64,000 nt of DNA, taken from an uncultured Holophagales bacterium. Lineage in GTDB: Bacteria; Acidobacteriota; Thermoanaerobaculia; Multivoradales; UBA5704. The stretch is from the NCBI GenBank assembly GCA_963842525.1, contig CAWJGT010000003.1, forward strand, positions 224,001 through 288,000, read 5' to 3'. This document shows positions 34,032-45,273 of the stretch, in pieces (the first letter of the stretch is position 1; each line of letters starts with the position of its first letter). The position numbers and the translations under genes were made by a program. Under the pieces are notes generated by a model. It saw only the letters and a program-made list of their open reading frames with translations. It ran no database searches and was not told the origin of the DNA.

Positions 34032-36064
34032 ATGCCCGAGCCGCGCCGCAAGCATGCGCTCGTCATCGGCATTGACCGCTATCCCGGGATGGGCGAGAAG
34101 CTCCAGCTCCGGGGGTGCGTCAACGACGCCAAGCTCATCACGCAGGAGCTGTGCGGCCGGTTCGGGTTCCCTTCCAAGGACGTGACCGTCCTGAAGGACG
34201 AGGCGGCGACCCGGGACGGCATCCTGTCGGCGATGCGCGGGCTGCTGGAGCGGGTGGGCCGCGACGAGGTCGTGGTCGTCACCTACAGCGGCCATGGCTC
34301 ATGGATGCCCGATCCCGACGGCGACGAGCCGGACGGCCGCGACGAGACCATCGTCCCCTTCGACAGCGGCCGGGGGGACCACCCCTGCCGCGATATCCCC
34401 GACGACGAGATCCATGCCTGGCTGCTCGACCTGAGCGAGGTCACCCCCTACATCACCCTGATCTTCGACTCCTGCTTTTCGGGGGGGATCGTCCGCGACA
34501 CGTTCTCGGCGCGGACCCGCTGGGTGCCGCCCCACGACCGCCCGGTCGAAGCTGCCCGCCGCTTCCGGCCGCGCGCGCGGGGCCTGCGCTGTTCCCCGTC
34601 GCCGAAAGGTCCCAGCGGATGGCTCCCGCTTGAGCGAGCGCTATATGCTGCTTGCGGGCTGCCGCCACGACGAGTGCTCGCACGAGCATGCGGCCCGGCC
34701 GGAGAGATGGCGGGTGGCCTTCTACCACGGAGCGCTCACCTACTTCCTCTGGAAGGAGATGGACGAGGCATGCGCGGAGGATGAGCTATCGCGACATGTT
34801 CGAGCGTGCGAGCGGCCGGGTGACGGCCGGTTTCCCGCCAGCATCCACAGCTGGAAGGGGCGCGGGACCGCGGGCCGTTCGGCTCCCGCCTCTTCGCGCC
34901 CTCGCGCTTTCTGCCTGTTTGCGGTCGCCGGGGGGAGCGGATCACGATCGGCGGCGGGGCGGCGCACGGGCCTGACGGTCGGATCGGAGTGGGCGATCCA
35001 CCCCCAGGGGCGCCAAGGCCGCGGACGGGACTCCGCGCCTCGCTCTGGCCCGGGTCTGCCGGGTCGACGCCGTGCAGGCGGAGGCGAGATCCGTGGGGGA
35101 GGACGGCTCGTCGTCCCGTGCAGGCCGGGGGACCGGGCCTTCGAGCACGCCCACCAGTACGGTGAGATGCGGCTGGCCGTCGAGATCGACGCGCCGGAAG
35201 GTTCGCGGGAGGACCTGGCCCGGGCTGTCCATCGCTCGAGCCTGTTGCGCCTGGCGAAGAGGAGGGAAAGCGGCAGGCGAAGGTTACCTCCTCTCTCCGC
35301 GACAGCGGTGGAGCGAAGTGATCCCGTGCCGCAGCTCGGAACGGTCGCCGAGCCGGTATGGGCTGTTGTCGGGCAGGACGGCGATCTGCTGATGCCGGTG
35401 TGATCCCCGCTGGAGAGCCCGGCGCTCTCGGCCGGCTCGTCGACAACCTCAATGCCCGCGCCCGCTACGAGAACATCCTGCAGCTCGAAAATCACGATCC
35501 GGAGAGCCGGCTAAGGGGTGCATCCGTTTCCGCCTGCTGCGCCGGCAAGGCGAGAGATGGGAGCCGGCCGAGGGAGACTCCGCCGTCTTCGCCGAAGGGG
35601 AGAGACTGGCCCTGGAAGTCGAGAACCGGTGCGACGGAGCCGGTCTACATCAGCGTCCTGGACCTCGGCCTCTCCGGACGGGTCAGCCAGGTCTATCCTG
35701 TACGCGGCGCCCGCGAGCCGCTGGCGCCGGGCAGGACCCTGCAGGTCGGCGTACGGAAAGGCGAGGAGCTGGAGTTGTACATGCCCCGGGCCTTCCCGTT
35801 CACCGGCGACCCCGCGACCGCCGAAGGCACCGAGCACCTCAAGCTCTTCGCCACCACCGGCGAGGCCGACTTCGAGCTGCTGGAGCAGGGGGATACCGCG
35901 CCGTGCGCGCGACGCGCCAATCCGCGGACCCGCTGGCCGAGCTGCTGAGCGCGGCCCTGGCCGAGGACGCCATGCGCGAGATCCGGCCCACAGGCCCATG
36001 TCCCGGACGCCGACTGGACCACGGTGACGCGCCCGTTCCTCTGCGGCGGAGGAAAGGGTCGTGA
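34032..36064 (+). CDS. Metacaspase (peptidase C14) with C-terminal DUF4384-like domain; multiple frameshifts
   Basis: ALVIGIDRY, LRGCVNDA, YSGHGS, FDSCFSG, HGALTYFL; later frames PVYISVLDLGLSGRVSQVYP, EHLKLFAT; stop overlaps next GTG. Confidence 0.8.
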
Positions 36065-38949
36065 AGTACCGGGATTTCGTGGTGCAGATCGGGCCGCCGG
36101 CCGGAGAGGTCTTCCCGGTGCGGGTCCTGGAGTCGCCGGCGGGTGCCGGTTCCGGCGAGTCCGTATGCCTGAGATGGTGCCGGCGGGTTCGAGCAGCGGC
36201 GAGGGTGCGCGAGACGTGGCCGGGCCGCTGCACGGCGGCTCTCTGCCCGCGCCCGAGGAGATGGGACGGAGGCTCTTCGCGGCTCTCTTCACGGGCGAGA
36301 TCCGGGACCGCTACTACCAGAGCCGGGGTGGCATCGACGACGGCGAAGGTCTGCGCATCCAGATCCGCTGCGATCCGCGCCAGCCGGATCTCCTGCCGAT
36401 CCAGGCCCTGCCCTGGGAAGCTCCTCTTTCAATCCGACGCCCGCTGCTTTCTCGGCCTCGACCGCCGAACGCCGGTCGTCCGCTATCTGGATGTGCCCGC
36501 GCCGGTGGAGCCGGCACCCCTGCCGGAACGGCTGCGGATCCTTGCCGTCCTCACCGCGCCGCCCGCATCGCCGAACAGTCCGCTGCTCGACCTGGAGCGG
36601 GAGCGCCGCTGGATCGAGGAGGCCTGCGGCGCCCAGCCGCGCCTCGAGCTGACGATCCTGGAGCGACCCGATCCGCAGGCCCTCCGCGACGAGCTGCTGC
36701 GTGCGGTGTCTCGCCGGGAGCCCTACCACGTGCTCCACTTCGCGGGGCACGGCACCTTCGACGGCGAGCGCGGCGAGGGAGCGCTGCTCTTCGCGACCGC
36801 GGAGGGCGAGGCGCGGCCGTTGACAGGGGACGAGCTGGCGCTCCTGGTGCGCGGCACCGGCGGGCTGCGGCTGGCCGTCCTCAACGCCTGCCACAGCGGC
36901 AGGATGGGTGCGGAGCCGGACCAGGATGCCTTCGCCGGCGTGGCGGCGGCGCTGCTCCTGGGCGGCCTCCCCGCGGTGCTCGGCATGCGCCGGCCCATCC
37001 CGGACGACTCGGCCGTCGCTTTCAGCGCCACCCTCTACCGGCGCCTCGCGCTGGGCGAGCCGATCGACGCCGCGGTCACCGAGGCCCGCCTGGCCATCTA
37101 CCGCCGCGGCCGCCCGGCGGCGGAGTGGAGCACGCCGGTGCTCTTCCTGCGCGCCCCCGACGGCCGGCTCTTCGCGGGCGAGGAAGGCGGCGACGCTGCC
37201 GCGCTCGCCGGCTACCTGGGGCGCCTCCGCGAGGCCTGCGCCGCGGCGTTCGCGACCCAGCTCGTCCGGCCCGACCGCCTGTACGTACCGCAGTTCGCCG
37301 GCCCGCACGGTGGAGAGCCGGCCGCCGAGGTCGAGCTGCTTGGCGAGATGCTCGGCTTCTGGCAGGGCGAGCAGCCGCGGGTCGCGGTCCTCGGCAACTA
37401 TGGGATGGGCAAGAGCTATTTTGCCTGGAAGACCGTGCTCGATCAGGCCGAGCGCGCTGGCGGAGCGCGGGGCCGCATCCCCGTGCTCTTTCCGCTGCGC
37501 GACTTCAACTACGGGGCCGCCGAGGCTGCGGAGGGGCTGCGGCACGACCTGGTGGACCAGATCCTGGGCCATCTCCGGCGGCTCGACTTCCCGGTGGCGT
37601 CGCGGCGCGAGCTCGTGCGCTGGATCGAGGACGGCCGCATCGGCATCGTCCTCGACGGCTTGGACGAGCTGCAGATCCCCGGCAACGTCTCGTGGCGGAG
37701 CGTCCTCGCGCCCCTCGCCGCCATCCCCGGCGCGTGCTTCGCCGTCACCGCGCGCACGGCCTATGTGGGCGGCGCGGCGGAGCTCGACGGCTGGCGCGTC
37801 CTCCACCTCCTGGAATGGAGCGAGCGGGAGTGGCGGCGCTTCCTGGAGCTCCGGGAGGACCGGCTCGCCGCGGTCGGCGGCGTCGATGCCTTCCTTGCCC
37901 TGGTGGCGAACCGACCCCAGCTCTCCCAGCTCACCACGCGCCCCCTCTGGTGCGCCATGATCGCGGCGGTCGCCGACCGGATCGCCGGCCTGGAGGACCT
38001 GGATCTCCCCGGGCTCTACCAGGAGTTCTTCGACGAGGCTGTCCGGCGCCGCAAGCTGGCGCACCAGGTCCTGTCCGTCCCGTGGCGCTACTGCGCCATG
38101 GAGCGCTTCGCCGAGGAGTGCGTGCTCGAGCGCCGGTCGTCGCTGCACGAGCGCCAGCTCGTCGCCCTGCTGACCGCGCTCTTCGAAACCATCGGGGAGC
38201 CGCGGCTGCGCGAATACCTGGCGCAGGAGGCGAAGACGTACGCCTTCCTCAACTGCGATCCCTACCGCCACTACAGCTTCGGGCATGCCTCGTTCGAGGG
38301 CGATTTCCTGGCCGCGCGCATCGCCCGCCGGCTCGTCGGGGAGGCCACGGGGCGGCCGTCGGGGCCGCCGGAACGGGTCCCCGGGCGCGACGTCCTCCTG
38401 GCCTGGGGCCTCGACGAGGACCAGGTGACCTTCGCGGCCGGCATCCTTCAGGGCGACCGGATCCTCCGCTCCCTGGGGATGCTGGAGCCCGAGGACGAGG
38501 GCCATGCGCAGCTCTACGCCGCCGTCTCCGAGGACCTCCGGAAGCGCCTGGAGAGCGACGGCGAGCCGCCGCCGCTGCGGCGCAATCTTTTCCGCCTTTT
38601 GCTCGCGCTGTCGCGTGGCCGGCGGCGCCCGCGGCTGCGCGGCCTTCGCCTCGACGGCGTGGATCTGTCAGGCCTCGACCTGTCCGGCTGCGACTTCGAG
38701 AACGTGGGGTTTGAAGGGGCCAACCTCTCCGCGGCGCGCTTCGCGAACAGCCGGCTGGCGCGCTGCGTCTTCCATGGCGCGGTGATCGACGGCGCCGACT
38801 TCACGGGCGCCGATCTGGCCGGGGCCGATCTGCGCGGGGTCGACCTGCCGCAGGTCCCGCCGGTCCTCGCCGGCCTGCGCAACGCGGACAGGGCCCAATT
38901 GGACGCGCGGGAGCGCCGGATTTTCGCGCTCTCTGACCGGGAGGGTTGA
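36061..38949 (+). CDS. CHAT protease + NACHT/STAND NTPase + pentapeptide repeats
   Basis: VLHFAGHG and VLNACHS dyad; Walker A GNYGMGKS; Walker B IVLDGLDE; LTTRPL; YSFGHASF; C-terminal ADFTGADLAGADLRG; compensating frameshifts about 36165-36420. Confidence 0.85.
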   Translation: MKYRDFVVQIGPPAGEVFPVRVLESPAGAGSGESVCLRWCRRVRAAARVRETWPGRCTAALCPRPRRWDGGSSRLSSRARSGTATTRAGVASTTAKVCASRSAAIRASRISCRSRPCPGKLLFQSDARCFLGLDRRTPVVRYLDVPAPVEPAPLPERLRILAVLTAPPASPNSPLLDLERERRWIEEACGAQPRLELTILERPDPQALRDELLRAVSRREPYHVLHFAGHGTFDGERGEGALLFATAEGEARPLTGDELALLVRGTGGLRLAVLNACHSGRMGAEPDQDAFAGVAAALLLGGLPAVLGMRRPIPDDSAVAFSATLYRRLALGEPIDAAVTEARLAIYRRGRPAAEWSTPVLFLRAPDGRLFAGEEGGDAAALAGYLGRLREACAAAFATQLVRPDRLYVPQFAGPHGGEPAAEVELLGEMLGFWQGEQPRVAVLGNYGMGKSYFAWKTVLDQAERAGGARGRIPVLFPLRDFNYGAAEAAEGLRHDLVDQILGHLRRLDFPVASRRELVRWIEDGRIGIVLDGLDELQIPGNVSWRSVLAPLAAIPGACFAVTARTAYVGGAAELDGWRVLHLLEWSEREWRRFLELREDRLAAVGGVDAFLALVANRPQLSQLTTRPLWCAMIAAVADRIAGLEDLDLPGLYQEFFDEAVRRRKLAHQVLSVPWRYCAMERFAEECVLERRSSLHERQLVALLTALFETIGEPRLREYLAQEAKTYAFLNCDPYRHYSFGHASFEGDFLAARIARRLVGEATGRPSGPPERVPGRDVLLAWGLDEDQVTFAAGILQGDRILRSLGMLEPEDEGHAQLYAAVSEDLRKRLESDGEPPPLRRNLFRLLLALSRGRRRPRLRGLRLDGVDLSGLDLSGCDFENVGFEGANLSAARFANSRLARCVFHGAVIDGADFTGADLAGADLRGVDLPQVPPVLAGLRNADRAQLDARERRIFALSDREG

Positions 38950-38952
38950 GCC

Positions 38953-40527
38953 GTGTGGGAGCCGCTGCTCGAACGCGAGATCGAGAGCTGCACGTCGCCG
39001 GGGTGGTGGCGCGGGAGCGGCCAGCGGACGGTGTTCTGTCTCCTCGACCCACCCCGCCACGCCCTGCCCGCGGAGGCCTACCGCAAGGCGCAGGAGAGCA
39101 CAGTGCAGGTGTTCGCCGCGGTCCAGCAGTACCGCGCCGCTCCGCTCCCCATCGGCCTGCAGGACGATTTCTGGACGGTGGCGCAGAGGGATCTCGGCCC
39201 CGCCTTCGATCGTCCCCTCGCAGCCGATACTGCCGGCTACATCCAGCGCGGCGGCACCGGCATCGTGGCGGCCATCGCCGCGGCCAAGCCGCGTCCGCCG
39301 GTCCTGCGGCTGGAGAGCGAAGGCTTCGTCGCGGCCTACCAGCGCCTCCAGCAGGAGGCCATCTCGTTCATGGAGGATGCGGCGCCGTTCTTCGGCGCCC
39401 TGGTCGGCGCCTGGCGCGAGGCCGAGGCGCGGGTCGCCACGCCCGGGGTCCGCGAGCTGCGAGCGGCGCTGGAGGGCTTCCGGTCGCTCCAGGGAGGGCT
39501 GAGCGGCTCCCTGCGGGGGATCGCCGGCCTCGCCCGGTCCCTGGGCGTGGACCTGGAGACGCCGGCCTACCGGCCGATTGCCCTGTACGAGAAGATCGCC
39601 GAGCTCGAAGAGGGGCTCGACGAAGCCGCCACCAACCGTGACAAGAAGGCGCTGGAAGACGAGATCCGGGCACGCGTAAAGCCGCAGGCCGTCGAGCCGC
39701 GCGCCGCCGTGGAGCTCGCCCTCTACGAGCTGCTCGACCGCCACGAGGACGACGAGGACTACCGCGAGACCATCGCGGCCTTCCGCGAGCTGCTCGCACA
39801 GCCGGTCCTCCCGCCGCTGCCTGACTGGCTCCCCCGGTCGGTCGCCGAGAAGGTCGAGGGCTTCAGCGGCGACTACCTCGTCCAGGCGATCCGTATCCGG
39901 CCGGAGGATCAGCACCGGCCGCACAAGGGGCACGGCGAGCTGGTCTCGCGCCTCCTGGAGCTGGCCATCGTCCTGGGCATCGATCCGGCGCGCTATGCGC
40001 GGCTGCAGCGATTCGTCTACATCTCCAACCTCAACCACAGCATTCACGCGCTCAGCGGCTACGCTGCCGGCCCGGCGCTCCTGGCCGCGGTCGAAAAGCT
40101 GGGCGAGACCCTGCTCGCCCGCCGCGCCTCGGACCGCGAGAGGCGGCTCCTGGAGCAGGACCGGATGGCTCGATTCCTCGCCGAGCTGGGGAGGTTCCAC
40201 CTGGTCTACGACGCCGGCCTGCGGCGGGTGGTCCTGGGCTTCGACCTCGCCGGCTTCTGCCGCCTGCTGGCCGATCTGGGCGCCCGGCTCCCTGCCGGCT
40301 GGGAGGAGCGGGCGGCCGATCTCGATCGCCGGTTCGCGGCGGTGCGCGAGCTCTACCAGCGGACCCTCCTGCGCGGCAAGGACCTGGCAGGCAGCCTGCT
40401 CGCCGGCGCGGCGCAGCTCGGCGCGAGCGCCGCGATCCTCTACTGCGACGGCTACCTGAACCAGATCCTGGCCCCCTGGCTCCAGGGGCGCGATATCTCC
40501 TACTCCTTTCTCGTGCCGAAATGGTGA
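38953..40527 (+). CDS. Hypothetical protein, possibly a degenerate TIKI/TraB/ChaN-like fold
   Basis: 524-aa ORF 3 nt after the NACHT gene; C-terminus ..LYQRTLLR..AAILYCDGYL..LQGRDISYSFLVP resembles that fold's terminal motif (low certainty). Confidence 0.55.
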   Translation: MWEPLLEREIESCTSPGWWRGSGQRTVFCLLDPPRHALPAEAYRKAQESTVQVFAAVQQYRAAPLPIGLQDDFWTVAQRDLGPAFDRPLAADTAGYIQRGGTGIVAAIAAAKPRPPVLRLESEGFVAAYQRLQQEAISFMEDAAPFFGALVGAWREAEARVATPGVRELRAALEGFRSLQGGLSGSLRGIAGLARSLGVDLETPAYRPIALYEKIAELEEGLDEAATNRDKKALEDEIRARVKPQAVEPRAAVELALYELLDRHEDDEDYRETIAAFRELLAQPVLPPLPDWLPRSVAEKVEGFSGDYLVQAIRIRPEDQHRPHKGHGELVSRLLELAIVLGIDPARYARLQRFVYISNLNHSIHALSGYAAGPALLAAVEKLGETLLARRASDRERRLLEQDRMARFLAELGRFHLVYDAGLRRVVLGFDLAGFCRLLADLGARLPAGWEERAADLDRRFAAVRELYQRTLLRGKDLAGSLLAGAAQLGASAAILYCDGYLNQILAPWLQGRDISYSFLVPKW

Positions 40528-40540
40528 AAGGAGGAACGGC

Positions 40541-41206
40541 GTGGCAGATCTTTCCGATGTTCCCGCAGCCGCTGCCGAGACGGTGGAGAAGAGCTGCCGG
40601 GGGAACCGCTACTGCTCGTTCACCGGACCCTTTCACCCGGAGCACCTGGCGGGGACCGGCCGCGGCCGGCCGCACGTAGTGGGGCGCTGCTACAGCTTCG
40701 GCTGCGGTGCCTACGTCTGCGACCGCTGCGCGCACCGCCGGCCCCTGCCCGGGCCGGACGGCCAGGCTTCCGGCCGGCTCGAAATGCTGTGCTGCCCCTT
40801 TGACGGCGAGCCTCTCGGGCGCGGCGACACGTGGCTGGTCCTCAGCCCGGAGGGGCGGGTCCGTCTTCCCTTAACTGCTGAACGTGGAGGGTCAAAGATC
40901 ATGCTTCTCACCCGGCAGCACTTCATCGAAATCGGACAGCAGTACAAGGTCTCCGAGGGCGAGGCGGCCACCATGTTCAACGTCTATGAGAGCGGCTTCC
41001 GCGAAACGGCACCGCCACACGCGCCGATGGAGGTCAATGAAGGCGTCCTCCAGACAATCCATCTCATCATGGTGCTGGTCTCCGCCTACAAGAGCGGTGG
41101 GATCAGCGACGAGGAGCTGGCCCGGGGCCTTCAGAAAGCGTTTGCTGACCGGCAAAAAGCAGCGCAGCCGAAGCGCGGCTTTTTTGCACGCCTCTTCGGA
41201 AGGTGA
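40541..41206 (+). CDS. Hypothetical Cys-rich (zinc-finger-like) protein
   Basis: RBS AAAGGAGG; CRGNRYC...CYSFGCGAYVCDRC...CCP; amphipathic tail RGFFARLFGR. Confidence 0.65.
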   Translation: MADLSDVPAAAAETVEKSCRGNRYCSFTGPFHPEHLAGTGRGRPHVVGRCYSFGCGAYVCDRCAHRRPLPGPDGQASGRLEMLCCPFDGEPLGRGDTWLVLSPEGRVRLPLTAERGGSKIMLLTRQHFIEIGQQYKVSEGEAATMFNVYESGFRETAPPHAPMEVNEGVLQTIHLIMVLVSAYKSGGISDEELARGLQKAFADRQKAAQPKRGFFARLFGR

Positions 41207-41252
41207 GCCCCGTTCGCCTGAAACCTCCGCATCCTCCCGCCGTATCTCCCTC

Positions 41253-41299
41253 TTGACGACAGATGTAGTCACCGGGTAGGATGACTACAGACGTAGGCA
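41253..41299 (+). promoter_or_regulatory. Promoter with two BlaI/CopY-type operator palindromes
   Basis: TTGACG-18nt-TAGGAT overlapping TGACGACAgaTGTAGTCA and TGACTACAgaCGTAGGCA (TACA-N2-TGTA box). Confidence 0.75.
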
Positions 41300-41323
41300 G
41301 ATGTGGAGAACGACGGAGGACGG

Positions 41324-41710
41324 ATGAACCCCAGATCGATTGGAGACCAGGAGCTGGCGGTGCTGCGGTACGTCGCCGAGCAGGGGCCGACGACGGTGGG
41401 CCAGGTGGCCGAAGGGTTCGGCGAGCCGCGGGGGCTGGCGCGCTCGACGGTGCTCACGATGATGGAGCGGCTGCGCCAGAAGGGGCATCTGGACCGCGAG
41501 CCGGTGGACGGTGTGTTCCGGTACTTCTCGCCGGTGCCCGAAGGAGAGCTTCTGCGCGGCGCGGTGCGGACGTTCGTGGAGAAGACCCTCGACGGGTCCG
41601 TGTCGCCGTTCGTCGCCTATCTCTCGGAGACGGCGGAGGTCTCGGAGAGTGAGCTGGCGGAGCTCGAGGATCTTGTGGCCCGGCTCAAGTCGAAAAGGAA
41701 GGAGGGTTGA
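41324..41710 (+). CDS. BlaI/MecI/CopY family transcriptional repressor
   Basis: ELAVLRYV, ARSTVLTMMERLRQKG, FRYFSP, FVEKTLDGS. Confidence 0.92.
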   Translation: MNPRSIGDQELAVLRYVAEQGPTTVGQVAEGFGEPRGLARSTVLTMMERLRQKGHLDREPVDGVFRYFSPVPEGELLRGAVRTFVEKTLDGSVSPFVAYLSETAEVSESELAELEDLVARLKSKRKEG

Positions 41711-41711
41711 G

Positions 41712-43685
41712 ATGGACGGCTCGGCAACCCTGATCGGCCTGATCGGCCGTGCCTCGCTCCAGGGGGCGATCGCGATTGTCGCGGTGTGGGCCGTCTGCCG
41801 GCTCTTCCCGCGCCTGCCTGCCTCGCTGCGTTGCGGGCTCTGGTGGCTCGCCTGCCTGAAAGTGGTCCTCGGGCTCGTCTGGACCAACCCGGTACCGCTG
41901 CCGGTTCTGCCGGCCGCCGAGCGGCCACCCGTGACGCTCGTCGCCACGGCTCCCATGGCCGAGGCGGGGCCGGCTGCGGCCCACCCCTCGGCACCGCTCG
42001 ACGAGGCGGCGCCCTTCCCCTGGACGCTGGTACTGGTGGGGCTCTGGGCCGCCGGTCTCGTTGGACATCTCGCCTGGACCACCGGCCAGCTCCGGCGGGT
42101 TCGGGCAATCGTCCGGGAGGCCGAGCCCGTCAAGGAACGCTGGGTCGTGGACCTCTTCGCAGGGCTCCGGGAAGAGCCCGCATCACCCCGCGCGCCGAGG
42201 TGCTTTCCGCAGAGGTCGAGACGCCGCAGGTCCTCGGTCTGTTCCGGCCGGGGTCTTGCTTCCCCGGCGCACGCTCTCCCGCCTCTCTCCCGCAGAGCTG
42301 GCGATGACCCTCTGCCATGAGCTGCTCCATGTGCGTCGCGGCGACCTGTGGCTCGGCTGGGTGCCGGCGCTGGCGCAGCGGCTGTTCTTCTTTCACCCCC
42401 TCGCGCGGCTCGCGGTGCGCGAGTATGCGTTGGCCCGCGAGGCCGCCTGCGATGCGGAGGTGCTGCGGGTCCTCGATCCCGCTCCTGACGCCTATGGCCG
42501 GCTTCTCTTGAGATTGGGCGTGGCGCCTCGGGTCCCGCGGCTGGCCGCGGCGGGCGCCGCGCCCTCGGTTGAAACTCTGAAAAGGAGACTGATGATGCTG
42601 CAACAAGCTTCGGATAGAAAGCGCCTTCATCCCGCCTGGTGGGGGCTGGTCGTCCTCGTGGCTCTGGTGGGCCTGATCCCGTTCCAGATGGTGGCCCAGG
42701 GCCCGGAGGAGGAGGTCGCTCCGGTGGCCGCGGTCGAGCCTGTGCCTGAGATCGCGCCTGTCCCCGAAGGCGCGCCGGTCCCCGTGGTCGAGCCTGCGCC
42801 GGAGGCCCTGCCTGTCCCTGCGGAAAGCTCTCCCCGCGCCCGAGGCCCTGCCGGCCGTGGCGGGCGTGCCCGGTGCAGCAGCGCCTGTGCCCGCTGTGGC
42901 GGGCATGCCCGGTGTGGCGAGCGTGCCTGGTGTGCCATCCCTGCCCGTCCTCGCCGCCGCCGTGCCAGGCGCCTATCCGGCACCTCATGCGAAGGGGGCC
43001 GGGCAGTGCCGCCGGCGCCTCCGCGGCCGCCCGCGCCGCCAACTCCACCCAGAGCGCCGAGGGCGCGGCACGCTTCGTGGACCGACGACGGCGATGATTC
43101 CTATGTCGTCCGGCTGGATGGCAACCATCACATCATGAGCGGTTCCAGCTCGGAGTCTAAAAAAGGCCGGCAAGCTCCTGGTCTGCTCCGGGATCTGGTT
43201 CGAGCGCGACGGCAAGGAGTACGTCATCCGCGATGCGGCGACCGTCCGGCAGGTCGAGGGTGCTCTTCAAGCCCCAGACTCAGCTCGGCGAGAAGCAGGC
43301 CGGCCTGGGTGAGAAGCAAGCCGGCCTGGGAGAGAAGCAGGCGAAGATCGGTGCCCAGCAGGCCAAGCTCGGCGCCAAGATGGCTGGTCTCGGCGCGAAG
43401 CAGGCCTCTCTCGCCGCCCAGCAGGCGAGCCGGGGAGGGGAGGAGGATGACGATCTCGAAGAGAAGATGGAGGATCTTGGCCGCCAGATGGAGGCACTCG
43501 GCCGCCAGATGGAATAAGCTCGGCGAGCCCATGGAGGCAGCTCGGGCGCCAGCAGGAGAAGCTCGGAGAGCAGCAGGAGGCGCTGGGTGGGCAGCAGGAG
43601 AAGCTGGCTGGAGCAGGCCGAGCGCCAGCTCCGGACCATCCTGGACAAGGCGCTCGCGAGCGGTCTGGCCCAGGAAGTGAAGTAA
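41712..43685 (+). CDS. M56 (BlaR1/MecR1-like) membrane metallopeptidase with Pro-rich linker and coiled-coil tail; multiple frameshifts
   Basis: TM helices, HELLHVRRGD, FFFHPL, REAACDAEV, LKRRL; QAGLGEK repeats; follows the BlaI-type gene. Confidence 0.82.
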
Positions 43686-43686
43686 A

Positions 43687-43927
43687 CCTCACCCCCTGTC
43701 CCCCTCTCCCATCGCACTCCCCCCACCGGGAGAGGGGGAACGCGTCTGATTGCCTGCGGCATTTCGGGGGAGGGTTGGAGTGGCGGAGAGGCGTTCGGGT
43801 GCAGCATGCTGTGCCCCTACAGCCTCCACTGGCAGGCAGCTCCGGTAAAAACCGCGAGGCTCCGCCTACGTCCCCCCTCTCCCGGTGCGGGGAGGGGGGC
43901 GACGGGAGAGGGGGCCAGGGGGTGAGG
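43687..43927. repeat. REP-like inverted pair enclosing a GTAG-type palindrome
   Basis: Arms 43687-43740 and 43871-43927; internal GTAGGGGCACAGCATGCTGCACCC on minus strand (43797-43820). Confidence 0.8.
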
Positions 43928-45162
43928 TCACGGCCACAGCCACCAGATCGCCCCCCCCCCCGCCAGCGCCGCCCGAAGAGGACCGCCACCCGCCCGAAGA
44001 GAGCCCGGGTACCGAGGACGGCGACGATCCCCGCCTTGAAGACGAGGTTGGAGAGCACGGCGAGGAGGATCGCCCGCCAGCCGTCGCCCGCGGGGATGCG
44101 GCCGGCGTCGACCAGCCGGGCGGTCGAGAGGGTGAGGGCGTCGACGTCGGTCAGCCCGGAGAGCGCGGCCACTGTGTAGAGGCCGGCGGTGCCGAAGCGG
44201 TCGCGGGCGAAGGCGACGGCGAGGAGCACCGCGGCGTAGAGGGCCCCGAAGAAGAGGGCCGACCTGAGCTGCGCCGGGTTCCCCGGTTCGGGGGGCTCCG
44301 CGGCGTGGTCCCGGTCGGCGAGCCAGGCGACGACCGAAAGCACCGCCGCCACGCCGAACATGGCCCCGATCGGCGGCGCCAGGGCGAGGATCTGACCGGG
44401 GCCACGACCGCGATCTCGACCAGCACGCGGGCGAAAACGACGGTCGAGGCGATCATCACCACCAGGGCCGCCAGCCGGGAGAGCTTCCGGCGCCTCCTTC
44501 GTCCGGCGGGCGTAGCTGACCGTGGTGGCCGTGCTCGAGATGAGGCCGCCGAGGACCCCGGCGAGCACCGTCCCCGCCCCGCGCCGAACAGCTTGTACGC
44601 CACATACCCCGCCAGCGACAGCCCGACGATCAGCACCACCATCCACCAGATCTGGTAGGGATTGAGCACCCCATAGGGCCCAATGTCCCGGTCCGGCAGG
44701 ATCGGCAGGATGACCAGGGCAGAAGGACGAGCTGCATGATCGCCCGGATGTCCTGCTCCCCCATCCGCCCCACGAACCGGTGGAGGGGCTCCTTCAGATG
44801 AAAAGGACCGCAACCGCCCCGCCCAGGACGACCGCGAGCGTCAGCGGCGCGACGACCGTCCGGGCGCCGACGCCGTACATGACGAGAGCCGCGAACTCCG
44901 TCGTCTGCCCCGGATCGGCCTCCCCCTCGCGCAGCCGCACCAGGTTCCCCGACATCACCAGCCCCGCCACCGCCAGCAACCCCACCGCCACCACCCACCC
45001 GCCGAACGCCCGTCCGAGCAGCGCCGCCACCGCCCCGAGCAGCGTGATCAGGGCGAACGTGCGGATCCCCGCGATGGCGGAGTCGATCCGCTCCCGCTGC
45101 AGCCCGACCAGGAGCCCGAGCCCGAGGGCGACGGCGAGCTGGAGGAAAGGCTGCGGGATCAA
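43928..45162 (-). CDS. MgtC/SapB + DUF4010 membrane protein; multiple frameshifts
   Basis: [54 protein letters not shown] across frames. Confidence 0.8.
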
Positions 45163-45273
45163 TTCAAATAAGGTCTCTCCTGCCGGGCGGGCGGTCGGGT
45201 ACGGACGGACGGACGAGGGGATCGTGCGCGAGGCGCTGGAGGGAGAGGGACCTGCTCCGATCTGCTCCGGGAG

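Noticed and set aside
43270-43620. QAGLGEK-type repeats as a separate repeat peptide gene
   Set aside because: Best explained as the frameshifted coiled-coil tail of the M56 protein
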